Assembly: GCA_015061665.1 (NCBI GenBank)
Contig: SUWC01000001.1
Coordinates: 35,737-99,736, forward strand
Reading direction: 5' to 3'
Length of the DNA: 64,000 nt
From: Lentisphaerota bacterium
GTDB taxonomy: Bacteria; Verrucomicrobiota; Kiritimatiellia; RFP12; UBA1067
The notes beneath the pieces were generated by a model. That model was not told the origin of the DNA. It searched no databases and saw nothing but the letters and a program-made list of their open reading frames with translations. The translations under genes and the position numbers were made by a program. This document shows, piece by piece, positions 37,104-46,100 of this stretch. The stretch's first letter is position 1; each line of letters opens with the position of its first letter.

Positions 37104-40100
37104 GTGAAGATAGATAGCGCGAAAGCGACGCTGAAGCGGCTGATGACGGCCATCTTTGCGATGGTCGGCGTCAGCGTATGCGCTCGCGGTGCGGTCACGT
37201 ACCCCGTCACGGCCGAAGAAGCAGCCTCCTACGGCGGCGCAACCGGCGGCGACATCGTCAACATGATCGTCGAGGACGGCGGCAGCGTCTATCTCGCGCA
37301 CATCTTCACCAACACGGCCGCTTCGGCCACCCTTACGATTCCCTCCGCCAACAAAATCATGTCCGGCACTGGTCGCATCCTCCTCGTCGGAGGCGGCGGC
37401 GCGGGCGGCGGCGACTGCGGAGGAGGCGGTGGCGCGGGCGGCGTCGTGATCTCCAACAACTGGACCTTTGCCGAAGGCAGCATGACGGTCTCCGTCGGCG
37501 CTGGCGGCGCGTCGGCGGCGCGCGGGGACGCGGGCCACGACGGCTCGGCCACTACTCTCCTTCTCGGCGGCGTCACCTGGACGGCCCTGGGCGGCGGCGG
37601 CGGCGCTAAGTGCAACAATGTGGACGCTAAGAGCGGCGGCTCGGGCGGCGGCGGTGCGCGCAGCATGGCGAAGGGCAACGGACTTCAGCCCTCCCACGCC
37701 ACTACGCCCGGCTTCGGCAACGGCGGCGGCGCGGCAAACGACTACCGGGGCGGCGGAGGCGGCGGCGCGGGCAGCGCAGGCGCAAATGCCGTAGGCAATG
37801 TTTCCGGCAACGGCGGCGACGGCATTGAGTCGGACATCACCGGCGTTTCGAAGTGGTATGGCGGCGGCGGTGGCGGCGGCGGAAACGCCAGCGACCTTGC
37901 CGGACGCGGCTTCGGCGGCAAGGGCGGCGGTGGACACGGCTCCCTCAGCGGCAACTACTACGGCAGCCAGGGATATGCCCACGGCTGGAACGGCGAACCC
38001 GGCACCGGCGGTGGCGGCGGCGGCAGCGGCGGCGACTCCTCTGATGTCGCCAGCGGCGCGGGCGGAAGCGGCATTGCCGTTATCCGCTATCAGGTTGACC
38101 TCTCCGAAGGCGGCGACCCGCTGACGTCAGCGGACAAGGTGCGCGTTGCGCCGATTACCGCTGAAGAGGCTGTCGCGCTTGGCGGCGCGACGGGCGGCGA
38201 CCTGATAAGGAAGGTCCGCAACGACGACGGGACCTTTGACGTCGTCCACATCTTTACGAACACGGCTTCCGCGGCGGTTTTCGGCATTGGCGCGGTCAAT
38301 GGCGTCATAGCCGACTCTGGACGCTTCCTGGCGGTCGGCGGCGGCGGCGGCGGTGGCTCCACGGCTGGCGGCGGCGGCGGCGCGGGCGGCTTTGTCGCTG
38401 GCAATGTTACGCTTTCACAGGGACAGTATCAGGTAATCGTCGGCGCAGGCGGAGCGGGAGGCGCCAGCTCCAACGTCCGCAACCGCGGAACCGTCGGCTC
38501 TGACACAACGATCACGAACCTCACGACGTCCACCCAGATCGCGCTTGCACTTGGCGGCGGCGCGGGCGGTACGCTCGGCTCCACGCCTAACACCCACCGT
38601 CCTGGCGGCAACGGCGGTTCTGGCGGTGGAAGCGTGCGCGGCTATTCGACGTCGGAAGACGGCTCGTATTCCGGCAAGGCGTTGCAGCCCACAGAGGGCT
38701 ACCCTGCTGGTGGTTATGGATGCGATGGCGGGACTGGCAAGAACGACAATAACTACGGTGGCGGCGGCGGTGGCGCTGGCGGTGCCGGTGTTGGCGGCAC
38801 GGACTGCACGGGCGGCGCGGGTATGGAGTCCGACATACTTGGCTATGTGCAGATGTTTGCCGCAGGCGGCGATGGCGCGGCCAGGGGATACTATCCTGGC
38901 GCTGACGGCGAGGTCGCGACCGGCAACGGCGGTGGCGGCGGCGGTGGCAACGCGAACGCTGGCGCCGGCGGCGGAACCGGCGGCTCGGGCGTTGTAGTGA
39001 TCCGCTATACGATTCGCGGCGGAGAGATCAAGGAGATGGAGGACGGCTCCACGCTCTACAAGTTCGACGGCGACGCCATCTTCACGCTCGAAGGCGCAGC
39101 ACAGGTTCGTGTTCTCGCAGTCGGCGGCGGTGGCGCTGGTGCGTCTGGGGCAAAAGGCGCTGGTAGCCGTGGTGGAAATGGCGGTGGCGGCGCTGGTGGT
39201 TTTGTAGATGTAACGAATGTCTGGTCAGGTGCCTCGTATACTATAGCGGTAGGTGCAGGTGGTGTCACCGATTCCGTTACTGGATCAGATGCATCTAGCA
39301 GGAACGGCGGAGACACTGTTATTTCAACTTCCGGAAACGCTGTAATAACTGCCTTGGGCGGCGGCGGCGGCGGTGCATACGGCCCAGGCGCAGCCGGTGG
39401 ATCGGGCGGCGGCGGTTCGTGCTCTGACACATCGCCTTATGCTGCTGGTTTAGGAGGTACTGCATCACAGGGCTATGACGGCGGCATCGGCACACAGGCT
39501 ATTGGCCGTTCTGGTGCAGGCGGCGGTGGCGCAGGCGGTCCTGGTGCAAACACGGCAACAAACAACACTGGTGCTGATGGCGGTGCGGCCAAGGAAAGTG
39601 ACATTTCTGGAACAATTCAGTATTATGCTGCTGGTGGCGGCGGCGGTGCTCGTACAGGAACAGGCGGTAAAGGCGGTGCCGGTGCAGATAAAGTCGTTAT
39701 CGGCGGCACTGGTGGCGGCGATGCCACGACGGCCAAGGGCCTTGATGGCACCGGTTCCGGCGGTGGCGGCGGCAGCAACAGCTCCGTCGGTGGCGCTGGT
39801 GGCTCGGGTATCGTCTATATCCGCGTTATACGCTACATGCCGAAGACGCCTGAGCCCGAGTATATTTTCGAGTATGCGAACACCGAGTACGTCGTGTTCG
39901 AGCGCGAGGCTATCGACGAGGATGTGTTCACGATTACCACCGGGGACAATGTCTCCACCAACCGCATTGCGGCGACTGCGAAGGGCGTCTACACCTACAC
40001 TCTCGCCCTCACTGCTGATGCGCGTGCGAAGGGCTTCACGTGGTTCGACGGGACGACTGAGGACAAGCACGTCACGCTGACGATCTCAAAGACGATTTCC

Positions 40101-43100
40101 GAGATCTACTCCATCCACCAGTACGGCTGGCAGATCGGCGAGGAGCGTCCCCCGCTCCAGCTCGACATGAACCCCGAGGGCGTGCCCTACTTGACTCAGT
40201 TCGCCAATTCCGAGCTTGGCCCGTGGGCAACCAAGTCGTGGGACGACTTCGAGGAAGTGCCCGGCACCTACTGGCTGCGCATCGTAGTTGAGGAGAGCGA
40301 CAACTACACAGGCGTTACGAGCGATCCTGTAAGCTTCAAGGTCTGGGAGTATAATGCGACGAAGTATCCGACCTACCTCGGCTACCACAAGGACATCGTG
40401 GTCGACGCGACTACGTTTGCGGGTGTTACCGAGACGCTCACGGACTTCCCGATGCTCGTCAAGGTCTCCGAAGATCTCATCCCCGACTTCTACAAATACG
40501 CCGATTCGTCCGACGGCTACGAAGGCATCCGCTTCACCGTGCCTGGGCCCGACGGCGCAGCGGTTGAGGTCCCGTTCGAAGTCAACGAGTGGAACGAAGG
40601 CGGCGAATCCTCGTTCTGGGTGAAGGTTCCGTCCTTCGCTCCTGGCGCATACGCCGTCACGATCAACTACGGCGACATCGGCGGGGAGCTGCCCGAGAAC
40701 GATCCCTCGCAGGTGTGGAGCGACTACATAGCGGTCTGGCACCTTGACTCGGGGCACTATACCGAGGATGCGACCGGTCACGGCTATACGCTTTCGGGCG
40801 GCACAATGACGGCGGGCGCGGACTCCGTCTTCGGCTCGTCGACATACGCCAGCAACGGCACGCTCGTCGCAAAGGAATGGGAAGGCGACTATCCCTCCAG
40901 CGGCAGCAACTTCACCTACACCGCCTGGTACAAGGCGCAGGGATACAGCGGCAACATGAACTTTGCGGGCAGGAAGCCCCTGACGGGCTCGTACGATCCC
41001 GGCGGCTGGATGCTGAGGCTTGAAGAAAGCGTTTCTACAACCATACGATTCTATACCTCGACGAACTCCGCAGGAGCCTACTACACGATCAAGGACATCC
41101 CTGCGCTCAAAGACAACTGGGACTTCATCGCCATTGCATCCTCGGGAGTCAGGTTTGACGTTACAGTGAACGACGCCGTGAAGGCGTCGGAAACAAATCC
41201 TCAATACCTGATCTACAGCGGAGACACGCCCGATCAGCTCAATGTCATGACAAAGTTTATGGCGGCGGATGAAGTGCGCGTGACGGAGAAGGTCCGCAGC
41301 CAGGCGTGGCTCCTTGCGGAGTACCTGCAGGGCAAGCTTTCGTCCGAGAACCCCGGCATCGTCGTGGGCGACGAAACGTTCGTCACCCCCGGCGCGACGT
41401 TCTCCAACAAGTGGCTTGAGTACCCGACGATCAACCCGATTCGCTGGTTTGCGGGGCAGACGACGTCCATCAGCCTCGGCAGCGCGCTGTACGGCGAGGT
41501 GGAGTATGTCTTCAACGGTGCGGACGGTTCGGCGCTTACGAACGCCATTCCGACTACGGCAGGGTCGTACGACGTCGTGTTCTTTGTCAGGGAGATCGAT
41601 TCGGGAACCTGCACATACGCAGGACTTGTCTACGCCTATCCCGAAGTCATCGACATCCTTGTGAAGAACGACGGCACTGGCGGCCTTGGCGGCACGACTG
41701 GCTCGGCCACGCTCTCCGGCCGCGTCCTTCTCGCCAACGACGACGACCTCGCAGGCTTCGAGATCTCCGGGCAGTGCTACTGGCAGACTAACGAAACCGC
41801 CGACACCTACTGGGTGCACGAAGCCGAGTCGTCGGTGTTCCTGCTGAACATGATGGGGCAGGGCACGATCAATACGTTGATGTCCAAGGAACCTGTAGAC
41901 GAGCTATGCGGCGCGACCCGCATCTGGCATCTGGACAATGTCCGTATCGGCAACACTGAGTATGATGATTTGCAACCGTCGGACCGTATGTGCTATCTGC
42001 CGTGGTCAAGCACATCCAAGGTGCTTTCTGAGAATGGTAGCTATATAACGACAAAAACTGCTGCGAATTGTGCTCATCTTGCGATGCGTAGCGTTTCGGG
42101 CGCTGCTGTGTATTCGCCCTGCTATACGAACGGCATCGGCACGATCTACTTTGACGCCGTCAACGCGTGGACGGTGGACAACAACTATCCGACCAACTAC
42201 ACGATTGTCATTGAGTATGCGACGAACTGCGTTGAAAGCGTTGGATATGACAAGCTGCCAACGGACGCCAATCTAACCACTCTTATAGAAGTACTTGACG
42301 AAGAGGAGAACGTTGTCGATTCCTACAACGGCGTTGACTACGAGCGCGCCAACTGGCAGCCGATCGACATGGTTCCTCTCTACTACGACGGAAAAGATTT
42401 CCAAACCAGCTACTCCAAGACTTTTGGCGACGTCGTCAACTCGTTCGACGGACCTGTTTCGTCTCTCTGTCTCGACGAGACAGTTGGCGGAGGACGCGAC
42501 AGGTTCTTCCGCATCCGTGTCCCCGTCCTTGACGAGCTTGACGGCTACCGCGGGCCGATCCGCTTCAGGATCAAGCGTACGACGACCAAGGGTGTCGGCC
42601 TTGACAGTAACAACTTCATCCTTCTCGACAACCTTATCGTCTCGTATCCTGCGATGACGGCGAACCTTGAGCCGAGGGGCAAGTTCGATCCGACGCGCTA
42701 CGGAAAGAAGGCGCTTGGCACGGAGTGTGCGTTCGACGTTCCGTTCCCCGCAGTCGGCGATTCCATCAAGGGCCTTGCGAAGGGGAGCTTCGAGACGAAC
42801 CCGCTCGTCGTGGATGCGGATACTTCGACGTTCGTGACGGGCGCGAAGCTCCACTACCGCTGGCGCTACCTCAACCAGGATTTCGGTGAATGGGCCGCGG
42901 TCGCCGTTGCGCCGAACACGTGGGAGGCTGCAACCCCGCTCAACCTTTCCGACTACTCCGACCGCCCGGGCGACGTCGAGTACTGGTACGAGCTTCTGCA
43001 GAACGCGCCGTACTACTCGTACACCGACTACTCGGGACTCGGCATTGGTCTTGGCGGACTCTACAGCGAGAACATCCCCGTCGTCACCAACCGCTGCGAC

Positions 43101-46100
43101 ATGGGCACGCTCGAGAGCTGCGGCACTGACTGGTTCGTGCGTCTGCGCGAGGGGAAGAGTCCCTACGAATCGCTTCAGATCGCGATCGACGACGGCAGCA
43201 AGACTAACATCGTCTACATGGAAGTCGTCAAGGACCACACGTGGCGCGGGTACTTGCAGACGTTCACCAACCAGGCCGGCACCGTCAGGATGCAGGTTCG
43301 CGGAGTCAACTGCCAGACGTTCGGCTCGGGCGAGTTCGTCGAAAGCGTCACCAACATGTACAGCGTCGCGGCGCTTACTAACATGCCGGTAAGCACGACC
43401 ATGGAGCTTGGCACGGAGGACGACTGGAACGACCTCGACATCGACGCGATGACGGGCTACCTCATGTTCCAGGTCGACGACTCCACGAGGTCGCTCACGA
43501 TCGTGCACGCTGACTACCAGTCGTTCAACGAGTGGAACGACGCGAAGGGCTCGAAGTTCGTCGGCAACTCGACCGACAACCTCACCAAGAGCGGAACGGC
43601 CGCGGGCAAGAAGAAGTATGTCGGCGACTGGAGCGCTTGGACGAGCATGGGCGCGGGGTCCGACGACTGGACGGTACCGTACGTCGGCTGGGCCGACCTA
43701 ACCCACATGCTGGGCCGTGAGCCGAACGTGGAGTTCCAGAGCGACACGTCGGGCAACTGGCAGGTCGGCCCCGGCATCTGGGTCTCGAAGTGGTACGACG
43801 ACTCGCGCAACAACATGGGCGTCGCGCTTCAGATGGCGGGCCAGGGACGCGGCTACGTGCAGATGACCGACTCCAACATCCTCCCGCGTGGCTTCGGGAC
43901 GCTCAGCTTCAACGCGCGCCTCGCGCAGACAATCGGATTCGAGGACTTCGTCTACTACGAGGGCGTGACGCCCAAGTCGCTTACGAACTACACCTTCGTG
44001 GCGCGCGGCGCGTTCGACACATCGAACAACACTGCGTTCCGCGGCAAGGCGTCGCTCTCGCTCGTCGCGCACTACCGTCCGAAGATCGGCTGCTACGAAT
44101 TCCGCGTCGAGCAGGTCCAGGCGAACAACAACACAAACCCCTCCGGCATCAACAACAGGAGCCAGCGCTTCAGCCTCTACCGCTGGAGGGTCGGGGACGA
44201 CGGGACGATTGAGCCGACGCTTCTCGGAAGCTACATGAACGACTCGTTCAACATTCCCAACACGTCCGGCTCCACCGGCACCTACATGCCGCTCTACATT
44301 TCCGTCTCGAACGACGTCAGCGGCGCGGTCTGCATTATGGCTGGCGTTTGCAGAGAAGGTGTTTCGGCCTCGAGCAACACGGGCACCGAGAGCGGGAAGA
44401 ACTTCTATTCGCTCTGCTACAAGGACACTTCGTCCTACAAGATCACGTCTGGAACGTACGGCTGCCTCTCGGCGAACTGCCCGGCTAAAATGATTCGTCC
44501 GTTCCACTACGACAAGCCGGTTCCATTCCTCAACGCGGGGCCTGCGGCAAACACGATCGACAGGTACTCCAACAACGCCATAACGTTCCCTGGAACAAAG
44601 CAAGACTGCTACGCCGAGCTTCTTACGACAGACCTTGAGGACCTGACGTGGGCCACGACCCCAGGCCGCTTCGTCAACTTCGCCGACAGCGGATCGGTCT
44701 ACGGCTTCACTGCGCCGACTACGGCCGTTACGCAGAAGCTGATCGTCTACACGGTTCCGGTTTCGGAAGTCTCGAGCGCCACGGCATCCAAGGACTGGAA
44801 GTGGACCGCGGTCACGAACATCGTCGTAAGCGGCTTCGGCTCGAACGGAAAGCTGACGGCGTACAACGTCCCGCTCTACGTTGCCGAGGACAGCTACATC
44901 AAGATCGCGGTCGACGGCAAGCCGACGGATACGAGGCGCGACGTCGTTATCGACTCGCTGACGGTTACGGCGTGGCGCGGAGCTAGCTGGAACGAGGACA
45001 TAGACGACCTCATCACGTACGCCCCCAACAACTTCGAGCCGTCCGAGATCAGGTGCAACTTCAACGAGTTCTCGTTCTTCGACGCGTGGGTGACGAACAT
45101 CACCGTTACCGGCAACACCAAGACGAACGCGCTTCTCCTTTCCGCGCGCAGGACGCCTGCGGGCGGGGTGTGCGGCATCAAGTCGCCGCTTATGAACGGC
45201 GAGCCGCTCGGCAGCGACAAGGGCAGCCGCGGCATTGGCCTGGGCATGGTCTCGTTCAGCTACCGCAACGCGCAGCCTAACGTCAACCTGCTCGTCCAGA
45301 TCGCGACGAACGGCGTCGGCTCGGCCAACATGGCGACGATCAACAACTTGAGCGAAGACAACTGGGTCACGTGGACGAACGTCAGCTTCAGCGCCGGCAG
45401 CGGGCGCCCGTCGTCCGGCGTCGCCAGCGTCTACCTCGGCCTCCACGGCGTCGAGGGCGCGCTTCGCGTCATCATGGACCCGGCTGTCGTCAACGCGGTG
45501 TCGAAGCAGCTCAACCCGAGCCTCTTCGGCGACATTTTCATCACCGGCATCAAGTGCACTGACGAGCCGGAGCTCGACGACTCGAGCTGGTGGGGCTGGA
45601 ACCTGCGCGGAGTCGGCATATCCTCCGCCAGCGGCTCAGACGAGGAGAACCGCATGTACCTTCCCGACATGACGCAGAGCGCGGACGAACTTGGCATGAG
45701 CATGGCGCTCAACAACTCCGTTAGCGTCGACACCTACGACGAAGACTCCGAGACGTACAAGGCGAACATGCCGTTCGTGCAGACTCCGGTCTTCGGCACG
45801 AACCTCGTCGGCGAGATCATGTTCCGCGCGAGGAAGTACGGGTACAGCGACGCGGCGACCGATGCGCAGGATGCGTACGTCACGCTTCTTGGCGCGAAGG
45901 AGGACGCGCCCGAGAAGTTCACAGAAATCACGAACTTCTGCGTCAACGCGAAGACGTTCAAGACGTACAGCTACAAGACGGAGCCAGGCGTCGACTACGC
46001 GGCGTTCAGGCTTGCGGTAAGCGGCGTTGACGGAGTCGACAGGGCGGGCATCTGGCCCGGTTCGGGCAGCCCGGTCCGCGTCATCCTCGACGAGGTCCTC